Origin: an uncultured Bacillota bacterium
Lineage (GTDB): Bacteria; Bacillota; Clostridia; Christensenellales; UBA1242
Assembly: GCA_949283975.1 (NCBI GenBank)
Contig: CASDUK010000003.1
Location: forward strand, 175,655-239,654
Length of the DNA stretch: 64,000 nt
Reading direction: 5' to 3'
Part shown: positions 50,001-57,476 of the stretch, piece after piece
Numbering within the stretch: position 1 is the stretch's first letter
Layout of the letters: every line of letters begins with the position of its first letter
The notes under the pieces: generated by a model
The model's database searches: none
Told to the model about the DNA's origin: nothing
Seen by the model: the letters and a program-made list of their open reading frames with translations, nothing else
Position numbers and translations under genes: made by a program

Positions 50001-53000
50001 CGGAAATGCAAACGGATCACAGAATCTTGAAGAATACTATGAAAGCCATTTAAGAGGTGGTTCTACAATTGAAAATGGCGTTGTTGTTGACCAAAACAGC
50101 AAATACAGCTTTGCTGGCGGCGTTATCGGCGTTTTGGATATCTATCAAAACATTTATGATGAAATAGTTTCGTTTAGCGATCCAAACGCAATTCGCCTTC
50201 AATATTCAGGTCAAAACATCTCAATTCAAGGAAGTTTTGTTGGCGGCGTTGTTGGCTTTGTTGGCCCAAGCACATATCTTGCAGATGCAAGCTTTGTTCT
50301 AACGGGGCAACAAGATCAACTTAACCAAAGGTTAATTTCCTATGAAAACACAATTGGCGGCGTTGTTGGCGTTAACTATGGCGAGCTTTATGAGCTTAAA
50401 ATTGAACACGCAACAAAACTTCAACTTGAAATTGAAGACAACATGGAGGACTATTATAACAACACCTCAACCACAATTTTCCGTGGAAACACAAAGCTCT
50501 TTAACTCAACAACATCCGAGCTTAAGACAATTGGCGGGCTTGTTGGCCAAATGATGGGCGGAGAGCTTACCGTTTCCTATTCAAAAGTTGATGTTTCCGC
50601 TTCTGCCTCAGAACACTCTGGCGGCGCAATTGGAATTAACAATGTGTCAACAGATTTCTATGAAATCTATTCCTTCGGAGATGTAACTGGAAAGAAGGCC
50701 GGGGGGCTAATTGGCCTTAATAACGCAGAAATAAGACTAGATAAGTGTGTTGCCTTCACATATTACTCAAAGGAAAATGCCACTCTAAATGAAATTATTG
50801 GCGTTGCCCAGGACTTTAACAGCGGAAATTTAACCTTTAATGGGGCGTATATAACAAAGAATAAGGAAGGAGAAAAGGAAGGAAGGCTTCAATTTGTAAC
50901 CGGTTCGGGGAAAACAATTTTAATTGGATTTTCTCATTCAACTCAAGCCCAAAATTCAAACGCAACCTACATAACAATCAATGTTGATACTGAAAATATT
51001 ATAAAACAGTGGGATATAAACGGCTATAATTTCTACACATATGACAAGGGAAGCAAAGAATATGGCCTAATTAAAGAGCGCATATATAACAGCGACTTTA
51101 TGTATGGTTATTATTGCACAATAAATAATAAGAAGACAACGGTTCTTTGGGAAACAGAAGACGGCCTGTTCTACTTTGACGCGGAAGAAGTTCCAACAAT
51201 TGAAGAGGATACACCTTCAATTGAATTTGCGGGTTCGGTTGGCTACGTTTCATTTGGAAGTTTAAACTATATTGATATTGATCCAGACAAAAAAGATGAT
51301 GGTTATTACCTTGTTGACGATCTAACCAGCACGGACACTAACAAAAAACAAGTTGTAAGTTATGCCTCATTTGGAATGACCCAGGCTCAAATAACTAAAA
51401 TTCAGCTTAACAAACTTACAATTGGCGCAATTTTTGGCGAAAATGGCGATGAGGGGAATGTTATAATCACAAACGCAAACCAAGAAAGCGTTTACGGGAA
51501 TTTAATGTTCAATTACAACGGCTTTGAAATTAACCTTTGGAATAACGGCCTTATTGTGGAAGGCGAATTAGACAACCTTTTGGGGCTTACGGTTAACATT
51601 TCAAACTATCAAGGCTATGAAATTGACGGCCAAACAATCAACAAAATGTTCTTCGGAAGCGGCTGGAGGCCAAACCTTTGGGAACTTAGAGACGGCTTTA
51701 TCTTCCCAACTTTCAACTATGAAATTTCAACCAATGTTCTTTACATTGAAAAACCGCTAGACCTTTTGAAGTTGAAAGAATATAACAAATCGGACAACGT
51801 TGTAATCTTTGGTGATGACCCGGGAACGGTGTTCAATCCATATGAATATGAAAGTGGAAACATTTCAACCTATGGCGAATTCACGGCGGCAGAACTTGTT
51901 GGCTTAACAGCTACTGAGGACGCCTATGGCAAAACGCAACTTGTTTACGACGTTAGCGTTATTCAAAGCAGCCTTCCGGTTAACTATTCAGATTACTATT
52001 TCAGCACGTTCAAAGGAACAATGTATGGAGAGGAAAAAGACGGCGTTTCAACTCCAGTTCTAAAAAATGTTGACAAAGCGCTTTTCAACATGGTTTATGG
52101 CGGCGAAATTAGCAATTTGATCTTTGACAATGGGGACGGAAATGGGAATAAATCAAAATCGTCTGGCGCGCTCCTTGCAAACATAATGGAAGGGCAAACA
52201 AAGCTTGAAAACTTAATTTTTAGAAATATTGAAATTGAATCGCAAAGAGAGCAAATTGGCGTAATTTCAAACTATATGACAGATGTTTTTGAAATTTCGG
52301 GTATTACAATATCAAATGTAGATATAATAAAAGCCCAAAGCGCAGCAGGGTCTAACATTTTAATTGGCGGAATTGCGGGGGCAAATGTTTCGTCAACTAA
52401 ATTGGAGCAGGGAGGAACAAGACGAATATACCTTGAAGAGGTTTCGATTGATGGTTTAACAATAACTGTTGAAGGTTCAGTTAACGCAAATTCAGTTCGC
52501 GCTGGCGGCCTCTTTGGGCGAGTTGGCTATGGAACAGAATATTATGAAACTGTTTCGGTTGACGGAATTACAATTAATGTTGGTTTAGGTAAGGAAGGCG
52601 AAGAAAGCTTTGACGCCGAAAACATAATTTATGCCGGCGGCTTTATTGGCGACTCTAGTGGCCTCCAAGCAACTTTTACGGAGGGTTCAACACAAACGGC
52701 AACCGGAATTAAAATAACCTTGGGAGATGCGGCCGTTTCATATGCCGGCGGAATTTTTGGAACTATTTTGACAATCGAAGATAAAACAGACGAACAATTT
52801 ATAATTTCAGATGTTAACATTACAAGTGCTGAAACTGAGACTGAAACTGAGACTGAGTCGGTTTATTCAGCGGTTATTGTTGGCGGTTTTGCTGGCCAAG
52901 TTTCAGAGGGGAATTTAACTACTGTGTCAATTGATTTTGGCGGTGGCGAAACAGCAAATGTAGATCTCAACACCAATGTTTTTGAAACAACAAGTTCAAC

Positions 53001-56000
53001 AATATCCTCTGTTGGCGGAGTCTTTGGAAAGGCAACAAACGGAACGCTCTCAGGTGTTAAGGTTTCCAATGTTAACATGAACTTAACAAATCAAATTCCT
53101 GCGGAAAGTACCTCCACCCAAACCACTTCTGAGGAGGGAGAAGAGCCAATAACAATCTTCGGCGGCCTTGTTGGCCAGGCGCAAACTTTGGAAATTTCCG
53201 GAACTTCAGAGTTTACTGGAGAGATAACAATTGACGGAAACGCTGGAACTTTCTATGGCGGCGGAATTGTTGGAAGGGCGCCAGAAAAACTCACGATTTT
53301 ATACTCTACTTCAAGAGCAGAAATGACTTTCGAAAACACCGCAAACGGCTCAACATATTATGTTGGCGGAATTCTTGGAACGGGAACAACCGATGGTGAT
53401 GATGTTTCCGAAACTATTTACACAATTTCAAATTCAAAGTTTAACGGAAGCCTAACCTTTAAAGGAACGCCTACTCTTGACGAAAATCAGGGAAAGATCT
53501 ATTCCTTGAACGGCGCAGAAATTACAACTGGCGGAATTGCAGGAGCAAACATCAAAGGAGGAAGTCTAACAGACAACACTTTCAGCGAAACCGGAACCAT
53601 TAGGTTTGATTCTAATAGCGCTACAGAGGCAAACATTACTGTTGGCGGAATTGCCGGGGGAACAGTCGGAACAGATGTCGGCACAACTGACGACGGAACT
53701 GCCTCTGGCAACAAGTCCTATGGGAACATAACTTTTAGTGTTGCGGATTCAGCAACAATTGTTGCTGGGGGAATTGTTGGAAGCATGGATGGCGGAAGCG
53801 CCTCTAACAACTATGTTGGAGGGAACATAACCGTTGAAAAAACTGGAACCGACTCTAACGGCAACCCAATTCAATTACCATTAAATCTTAATAGTTTAAA
53901 CCTAACCGCGGGCGGGGTTGTTGGCTCAATAGATAATGGCGGAACAATTTCCAACAACTACACTTGGGGCAACATCGAACTAACCAAAAATGCAAGCTTG
54001 TTTAATGGTAATGATTACGCAATTACGGAGCTTAACGTTGGCGGGGTTGTTGGCTCTGTTTCTGGTACGCTCACGTTTACAGGAAACAACAGCCTAACTT
54101 CAATTTACATTGTTCAAAGAGCGCAGACTCACAACATTAACGCAATGATTGGGAATAGAGGATACGCTTCCGGCTCAAGTTTTTCTGGAAACTATTACAG
54201 CCACCAAATAGCCCTTGCAACAGAGCTGGCTACTATTGCAACAAACTGCTATTATAAAACAGGCAGTATAACTACAAGCAATGGAGAAGACGGCTCCCCG
54301 ATGTTGAACAAATTCAAAACAGCAGGTCTTATTTCAAAACAAAATGAAAGTGGAACTAAACTAGATCCAAAGCCTTGGACAGGTGATGAAGATATAAATA
54401 AAAACGCATACTATTACATGAACAAAAACGCTTATCCGTCATCATCATTAGACGTAGACGGCCACCTTGTTGGCGATATCTACTATATTTCCCCAGATTC
54501 AACAATAACTCCTTTCGGCGATGTAAACGGCTATGTTTCTGGAATTTTGTTTATTGTTGTTACAAAATGTGTAGGCGGCGCAGACGGGGGAAGAGTTAGC
54601 GGAACGGAAACAGATGTTATCAACGGCGTTGCCAATGTTAACAATGGAATAATCTTTAACGTAACGGTTACCGTAGGAGGAAGCGGTGGCCTCGCCTTAG
54701 TTAAGGGAAATGTTAGATATTCAATTCTTTCAGGAATTGCAAACGAAAACACCGGCCTAATTTCAGACAGCGGCGTTATTCTAAACGTTAAAGATGCATA
54801 TGCGGGAATTTCTGCTTCAAACAGCGGCGTAATTGCAAACTCATATGTAACCGGCGCTGTCCATGAAGGGGCAAAATATGCGTTTGCCGGCGGAACAGAT
54901 GACGAAGCAGATGACGAAGCAAATGGCGAAGCAGATGACAAAGCAACTGGCGCAGTTATCAACAGCTATGCTGCAATTAAAGTTCAAAGCGACGGAAGTG
55001 TTGTTGAAGGCAAAAAAGTTGAAACCTTTTTCTACGACAAATATGCAACTGAAAAAACAGAAACAGGAATTACAGAAAAAGACACAAACTATATGTCAAT
55101 AGTTACAGGAGATCCGACAGGCATTATAAATGCTAATTCAACAGACCGCCTTTCTGACGATAACTGGGTTCAAAACGTGGACTACAACTTTGGCTATCCA
55201 TACCTCGGCGGCGGGGCGTATGATGGGTTTTCTAAGCTAGGAAATAGTTTGATTGCGCCTTTTGGCATTCCAAACAGTTCTTCTTACATCCCAAACCCCG
55301 GGAAGTTAGCGCAGGCAATGGCGAATAATTTATCTTTTGAGCTCCTTGCGGATATGGATATTAATTCGTCTCTTGATGGGTGGGATTCGCCTGAGTCGTT
55401 CGAAGGAAACTTGAACGGCAAGAACTATCAAATCCATAACATTCCAAATGTTTCCGGCGGTTTTGTTAAAACGCTTAAAGGAACAATTCAAAATGTTGCA
55501 ATTAGATATTGGGGCCTTGTTGAGGGAGCGGATGTGGGCGGCTTTAACCGCGCAGGAGGAGTTGCTGCGGTAAACGAGGGGACAATTTCAAATGTAAGTT
55601 CTACTGGAATAGAAGTCTCTGCAACAGCAGACGCCGGCGGCTTGGTTGGGTATAACACTGGAACTATTACATATTCAACAAACCATAACATAAGCGTTCG
55701 AGGCAACAACGCCGGCGGAATTGCTGGCTTTGTTGGCAGTAATATTGATTACAACATGTACATTTGGGAGAATTCGAATTATGGGGATGTTGAAGGCGTA
55801 CGGGCTGGCGGAATTGTTGGAGAAATTGGAAACCAGGCATATCTACAAGGAACTTTTTCCGATAATTATAACTATGGTAGGGTTGATGGAGTTTCGGGAG
55901 AAGGAGATATGGTTGCCGGCGGAATTGTTGGCCTTATTAGCAGTGAAAAGGTTGTCCAACTTTCTAATGGCTATAATTATGGGCCTGTTTTTGGCGCCAA

Positions 56001-57462
56001 CATCGCTGGCGGAATTGTTGGATTGATGAAAAATAAAGGCAAAATTATTCTCTGTTATAACGATGGAGTAATTTCATCTGAAGTTGTTGCTGGAGGTATT
56101 GTCGGGCAATTGGAAGTTGATTCAATTAAACGCGATCAATTTAATTCCGGCAGTAATGAGTATATTTTTCAAGACGGAACGCGTTTAACGTTTGAGGTTG
56201 AACGCTATAGAGGCCCGGGAGGGCAACAGAGTGGAGGTACAAATGAGGCATGGTGGAGGTCATATGACTGGGAACTGTTTGATAAAAATGGAAACCTTTT
56301 AGACTCAGGGCTTGAAAAGTGCAAGGAAGGCAGTGTTGTTACAGAAGTAATAAGATATGGATGGTATCAATACATAACAGCAAATTATAATTGCTTAACA
56401 GTGATTGATCTCCCTACAACCTCAGATATAGAATTTGTGTTTAACAGACAGACTGTGAGCGTAAAAGGAGATGGTGATTACATATATGCGGGCGGAATTG
56501 TAGGCCGGTTGTTAAACGGCTATGTAGAAAGCGTAGTAAATAGAGGAGGAGTGGAAAGCAGAAACACAACCAATAAAGTAGCATTTGCGGGTGGAATTGT
56601 TGGAGGAACAGTGCCAGGAGCAGAGGACAACAGAGGGGTAATAAACGTTGTCATGAATTATGGCGCGGTAGGAGCAGAAAACACACAAACGGGAACAAAA
56701 AATGGCGTTTATGCTGACCAACTTTGCAATAATGTGATGAATATAGGTTTCTATTACGTAGGAGGTTCTTGTTGGGAAAATAATGCTGGAGGAGATCATG
56801 CAGATGGCGGTAATAACGGAGGCAACGGCCTCCTGGGAGACGATGTTCATGCCGCTGAGGAAATGGAAGAGAGGGATATTTTAATTGCTGAGGAAGAAAA
56901 TATGAATCGCTACGGCGAGGATAACAACTGGTCGTCTCATGTCGGTGATGCAAAAGGAGAAACAGATTACATTTATGTCGAAGATTCAAAGACCTATTAT
57001 GTTTACAACGCCTTGGGGTTTGCTTATGCCGTAAGTCAGGCAACGGAAACAACAGTTATTGAATTTATGGACGACATTGATTTGAGCGAGTATAATTGGG
57101 ATTTTAATACAGCTATTGCCCCAGGCGGTTCGGCAGAAATGTATGTTTCCCGAAACGGCAGTAACTATACTGGTGAAACGGAAATTGGTGGACTAACTTA
57201 TAACCTTTATGATATGGGAGGGCGCGGAGGCTATGTTGATGGACCATTCGGTGCTTCTATTCAAGGCGGTTCGTTTAGCGTGGCAGCGGGGGTGACAATC
57301 GATGCAGATTTAGTCTTTCCATACAATATAACAGGCAGCATTAGAGGATCAATTGGAAGTGATGGAACAGGAACGCTCACGCTCAAAATTAATGGTGGAA
57401 GGTATTACGTGTCGAGAAAATATACCAGTAATCAGAATGGATATTTAAGGTATGGCGATTAA
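38047..57462 (+). CDS. giant surface lipoprotein (6471 aa) with Ig-like (Big_2-type) modules and dozens of GLUG-type motifs
   Basis: The ATG at 38047 follows GGGAGG. The lipobox is in MKKFLGIVSCLVLILVAGVTFAAC. Ig-like segments end in TLTITGKNRGTATITAT, TTLTVTLSDGK and GTGSATITIMP. GG[ILV][AV]G-x-N-x-G-x-I repeats occur throughout (GGIVGVNDTTGKIVGY, GGLVGYNTGTITYS, GGIAALNKGEIKNC). I saw no C-terminal LPXTG. Confidence 0.85.
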   Translation: MKKFLGIVSCLVLILVAGVTFAACGPSSSGITISSSETELEIVLGSGEETKTVEFIVEGFGNGSGQLTFSVEEQEKNTISCTPEYQGNGRTTLTITGKNRGTATITATSMRGSVSHVITVKVVQPITGLAQADEFKDKLYAISGSSLNLSQEKIWKYSPSNTNQRDLVFSFVGESQGCRIEDGKLIVDQDCGLSSVTIRAESAFNSSVYCEIPVTILNPIEVVAQTNGKTIVENVTDPNSQVSNFFEIFPRETEYQNSLTITLIIKAGSESQALNVEDVFSSGEEKFAAPQTGYYFDKASQTHRYTFLIQANSQDAGKIDSLTFRVSYSGYAAGESEYNSNSININLSSYNKALQVDVNGQAGQVEVDVFENSINLVDGEILEISLLPGNLKLDQNYIILWAEDFENLPISLYKLDSTRRNYICVFGYDQNGNPVGSTGNGIRYAKIQSGTKLYAFINNNYQGLTGTNKQSTIYAQAVEFWNSEITSNERAFTTIDFVINPNAKDIFLAQPNDQGVLEADKDNKTIFIELGETEIAYIAVDPSTFTIGANSVVTIANESLAEIGELVEHAVSEDFVFAKFEIVANKVGSTTLTVTLSDGKQVDFNLVVISPLEELEMGLESVVIGETEIGSDIVPYRHLPDTTVIVGETTPFIALNKLSISNNGGAGIRLTKNATPQTAQYYLSYNYYDYTFENGKDIKNITLEDIDLENITFNTTSSIINTSLLANQTIVEAVNSSTEGAVLVRISVYAMGADGEYSDQPVGYFYYLIDFFIPTSGLTLSSGTLELYTYDTIGDKFLVNNVSRSIGEFSVTVNPVNQGLTPTYINNLKIYVNGNSVNIMERFTNDVLYLYFDGSIASSRNNAALEIIRSFENNTFTFKFQALRREANYIFAMVLSEVDESKTFTALGRIIAKEAVEISDIEIINANQESPIYIENVFLAQEDFESEEAYLEYINDIINNPYQLELVYNLYSKNGNEITNPSLEFEVEYNLISGEREYYTDINGNKINFVQIIQENGKTSVKIIRAAWDYSSYYELSEEERAETTLDKHKVLVEFGANATISVYPTSNYYNAYNGWNGEEPIVSIPITVADGKTSETSLQLWDLEDLELLRLHPAANFTIMANISMVSESNNKVPEEFYENYAPVEEFYGTLRGDPGFAGGGTMPLIISVAPLFKKIASGAVVENFSYVALEVYDDDSVFDSTKFASTVNGETYLGGLANINDGTIRNVAAIGEYAEDNDIYAASMFSGARVFADGEKAPAAQAIILFVGVNTDYENTGAALIELLEFTEVQAGELVRYTGFLVGLNRGTIEITDTSTVSGIGAAILFGANVGGIVGVNDTTGKIVGYNFYGNVIGTETAGGIAALNKGEIKNCNILNGGTHLYGINVFILGEDVYSYAEEKGIDIQFAAGGIAAISKGGKIQGCSTEIGTGTNPPDSSMGEGGAFEKLFEPELGSTVWGKRVAKAGTYYLNQKAEYDFNVLDNGTVLTGTIKFLRGGSNENIEDILVELPKLTEENPSHYFVANGREYRIYVEFGTSSYINVTIYDVTGGEETSLKSLSIYKYNSTHSGEFETLDVNKIVVSSDPIYCGGLVGILSETKLSQSFFDGTLGVRDSNSGGLVGYLYESAAEEPLVDNCYAVLGYANSYVERAKNAGYILRQGLFISGGSLNEIKYCYVSSNNTTFGPSYNGEGRATGSFHSAIGLTSIIDIINYNGDFLGFDITEWADKTFTDLEGQYTYIDGTMSVTPENTILTASSQIVGDTYYGSFEMSYSLTNPNYGAGSLSFTIHKNGTELEKKTVEIKDFALANGSSVDYTFADLGIKVSLTPVDLNAATSRGIMFVATDVSSGDTLYEQKVTGWVSSGTNNGVEYERYEVSSSFGFKTVETTVSHNGQNQVISRNLYSYPNSSSSYELYRFTHNGKTHVVELSSNGAQSFEIKIKYQQYESSSYWPELIREWVDGSSETKAEIEFAESYSIVANLNLFPGASNEQLNQKYEFNLTFDGQNYVSKEQYDFPKVFGRGETYLVVEGSYSGISLMIRDYYGSGYSSSYLCTSNFGGGETAISYDESSKIYLELSKKGEILYSKISQDGLTATFGSISLLYMKAFYQFLYDNYEVLIADETWDGISYAGASGITGAEVKEVICQLFGISSAQTDSEIKAQIKEIIDEKVIKPFNNSLAELKTDIGALQGELKKIVSEIETLLKASGYDPSEYSDLLEKLNSYSTLIAQAQTTISGIESIANGSDIKNLILNAIEPVRKVIGGVYYQFIMFVELNGEKLNDYMDENFKDEEELLEAMGSLYSLIISVSSGEDRYEIIDADGLTSELFIGLVELYAFDPENGYGTIPEEIDGFIEAGWDIANKGEESDSIWIFDEGWLPHFRQNEESQRIYEFDVEINPNKNQDSMINKDNSSVVLFYYDIADKSLLTTTQLSQLAMKNMITIDEFVRIFNINGSLNTTGSFEQFIFQSSDRSVVRVINGQLQIIGTGSATITIMPLRGPALGSVPTYSITVYVIYPFGETNIYNGISAETGTNSSNNPINVEEGDEREPITIIKGDVNYITIKTDRNIALENTIFNFLTNLISIDVSITHQTENGTEVDYDSNGTDNKFNISGLTGQDGKFIEGTLGITIAEDVSEEQIFTFLANILLQSGSQPFPNASSYFIDQVNNILSGLFNEYFNFKVSVRAEKLLLSIKEAEIDPSTIISVDTELHTNRDEDRIKIMIKDEAGNVVWASESVVEDLDGNIRFVTEEDYENDKLNVGLTYVFEKGETSSIFEVNGADLWENKGSNLNGNKTIVNGVLNGNILIGVKEDARKLIDTTKNYTVILTDSKENISNSFNFTLKPQKIINVTYTHHNRTDDSTASGIKIQDEPSSVLVPGDNGLLTIGLYPTYGSYSRIVLESQIIDNNYYVLMEQMYKSGEYYLSTSTTVGYSSVRDVNKLTIYKPTDTNLNTGYIYVRTRILENVNQGLYFPITITIYDKDENGEEYVVKTETITLVSQVIDGAQITIDGEKGATVVRGYTYPIQISVEENQTLADYNLVDFDSTGDPDDSIAVYFNRAEYEIVDGRKVYNGTISIGLDAELAGDGVFKVETIVQKIINGRIESTTDNIELRIVDFLIDDVQIKGNAEGDNVFNTPAAIEKDMSFEFILTETPEIFSSSQQDSINRINNAKEEFLNSLAYKQYVTTNDKIYQYIVNTDRIFGVNSKYNTDKNQPSHISTSQMSIIYDLYYAGDLTALVNGATVQQNEYFSFAYDGDSNGTTGLGAKTIRVVGKRMGAINLTLRIGYQLPGLAEVEYFNYNFTINVQMYSDEDKPTPIESEEQFIEYLTSTTEQYGETNFILMKDLVLENFVPFPSTNFASLDGNNKVITIKNFDLSSQTTGGLNIGLFQTVSKGSTLKNLVVNYNETEGIFVDESLYSSVNFGGIAVTNDGIIYNCEVVSVDMSLNNMVTDDGGIEIYFNQTNKDAQKLDRTTVQIAGLVVTNSATGSITNSRVGGKGSFKKVVYIDGVGASETNYNYSKINIIGQGNMSGFVISNSGTISASYFANGFITNKTISGALCATAGFVITNNLNSTITGCYVEGFRTTEDGLEQFMTGGGITSQGVSAGFVYENAGTISDCYSNIKLAGDSTGRLVSGFVYSNATTGSIARCYAASTIVGELTTQMPFTGKDARENSLQNNPEGIINSYYLVKRYDSETVLEEKYKTGATALTAATLTSSTLYGFAMAWEDDENSGIWRWNETYKYPELVSANQIAISVRRIIENYSSLITGGTSTESLDIFPYIQGYEYGSALNPIIIRTADEFNRVFGQETNLVENAYYAISQMYDKDLGIVFGSYRLVSSVNFDELTTVENIKISSSIMNLAQNNAYFGTFEGNGLVIRNVEIALDSQSSVGLFSMITSGGVFKNATITVITVAGGQRSVYAGAVAGLVQNSAISNVTVQPVTTSGDNRSRISGQNIVGGVVGAVIGNSKVSNLVSNMSVVSGNANGSQNLEEYYESHLRGGSTIENGVVVDQNSKYSFAGGVIGVLDIYQNIYDEIVSFSDPNAIRLQYSGQNISIQGSFVGGVVGFVGPSTYLADASFVLTGQQDQLNQRLISYENTIGGVVGVNYGELYELKIEHATKLQLEIEDNMEDYYNNTSTTIFRGNTKLFNSTTSELKTIGGLVGQMMGGELTVSYSKVDVSASASEHSGGAIGINNVSTDFYEIYSFGDVTGKKAGGLIGLNNAEIRLDKCVAFTYYSKENATLNEIIGVAQDFNSGNLTFNGAYITKNKEGEKEGRLQFVTGSGKTILIGFSHSTQAQNSNATYITINVDTENIIKQWDINGYNFYTYDKGSKEYGLIKERIYNSDFMYGYYCTINNKKTTVLWETEDGLFYFDAEEVPTIEEDTPSIEFAGSVGYVSFGSLNYIDIDPDKKDDGYYLVDDLTSTDTNKKQVVSYASFGMTQAQITKIQLNKLTIGAIFGENGDEGNVIITNANQESVYGNLMFNYNGFEINLWNNGLIVEGELDNLLGLTVNISNYQGYEIDGQTINKMFFGSGWRPNLWELRDGFIFPTFNYEISTNVLYIEKPLDLLKLKEYNKSDNVVIFGDDPGTVFNPYEYESGNISTYGEFTAAELVGLTATEDAYGKTQLVYDVSVIQSSLPVNYSDYYFSTFKGTMYGEEKDGVSTPVLKNVDKALFNMVYGGEISNLIFDNGDGNGNKSKSSGALLANIMEGQTKLENLIFRNIEIESQREQIGVISNYMTDVFEISGITISNVDIIKAQSAAGSNILIGGIAGANVSSTKLEQGGTRRIYLEEVSIDGLTITVEGSVNANSVRAGGLFGRVGYGTEYYETVSVDGITINVGLGKEGEESFDAENIIYAGGFIGDSSGLQATFTEGSTQTATGIKITLGDAAVSYAGGIFGTILTIEDKTDEQFIISDVNITSAETETETETESVYSAVIVGGFAGQVSEGNLTTVSIDFGGGETANVDLNTNVFETTSSTISSVGGVFGKATNGTLSGVKVSNVNMNLTNQIPAESTSTQTTSEEGEEPITIFGGLVGQAQTLEISGTSEFTGEITIDGNAGTFYGGGIVGRAPEKLTILYSTSRAEMTFENTANGSTYYVGGILGTGTTDGDDVSETIYTISNSKFNGSLTFKGTPTLDENQGKIYSLNGAEITTGGIAGANIKGGSLTDNTFSETGTIRFDSNSATEANITVGGIAGGTVGTDVGTTDDGTASGNKSYGNITFSVADSATIVAGGIVGSMDGGSASNNYVGGNITVEKTGTDSNGNPIQLPLNLNSLNLTAGGVVGSIDNGGTISNNYTWGNIELTKNASLFNGNDYAITELNVGGVVGSVSGTLTFTGNNSLTSIYIVQRAQTHNINAMIGNRGYASGSSFSGNYYSHQIALATELATIATNCYYKTGSITTSNGEDGSPMLNKFKTAGLISKQNESGTKLDPKPWTGDEDINKNAYYYMNKNAYPSSSLDVDGHLVGDIYYISPDSTITPFGDVNGYVSGILFIVVTKCVGGADGGRVSGTETDVINGVANVNNGIIFNVTVTVGGSGGLALVKGNVRYSILSGIANENTGLISDSGVILNVKDAYAGISASNSGVIANSYVTGAVHEGAKYAFAGGTDDEADDEANGEADDKATGAVINSYAAIKVQSDGSVVEGKKVETFFYDKYATEKTETGITEKDTNYMSIVTGDPTGIINANSTDRLSDDNWVQNVDYNFGYPYLGGGAYDGFSKLGNSLIAPFGIPNSSSYIPNPGKLAQAMANNLSFELLADMDINSSLDGWDSPESFEGNLNGKNYQIHNIPNVSGGFVKTLKGTIQNVAIRYWGLVEGADVGGFNRAGGVAAVNEGTISNVSSTGIEVSATADAGGLVGYNTGTITYSTNHNISVRGNNAGGIAGFVGSNIDYNMYIWENSNYGDVEGVRAGGIVGEIGNQAYLQGTFSDNYNYGRVDGVSGEGDMVAGGIVGLISSEKVVQLSNGYNYGPVFGANIAGGIVGLMKNKGKIILCYNDGVISSEVVAGGIVGQLEVDSIKRDQFNSGSNEYIFQDGTRLTFEVERYRGPGGQQSGGTNEAWWRSYDWELFDKNGNLLDSGLEKCKEGSVVTEVIRYGWYQYITANYNCLTVIDLPTTSDIEFVFNRQTVSVKGDGDYIYAGGIVGRLLNGYVESVVNRGGVESRNTTNKVAFAGGIVGGTVPGAEDNRGVINVVMNYGAVGAENTQTGTKNGVYADQLCNNVMNIGFYYVGGSCWENNAGGDHADGGNNGGNGLLGDDVHAAEEMEERDILIAEEENMNRYGEDNNWSSHVGDAKGETDYIYVEDSKTYYVYNALGFAYAVSQATETTVIEFMDDIDLSEYNWDFNTAIAPGGSAEMYVSRNGSNYTGETEIGGLTYNLYDMGGRGGYVDGPFGASIQGGSFSVAAGVTIDADLVFPYNITGSIRGSIGSDGTGTLTLKINGGRYYVSRKYTSNQNGYLRYGD

Positions 57463-57476
57463 TAGAGGAAAAAGAT

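Noticed and set aside
52629-56850. Minus-strand 63-143-aa ORFs inside the giant lipoprotein gene
   Set aside because: They are Pro/Ala/Thr-rich mirror translations of the GGxxG-rich sense frame and lie entirely within a 19.4-kb open frame.
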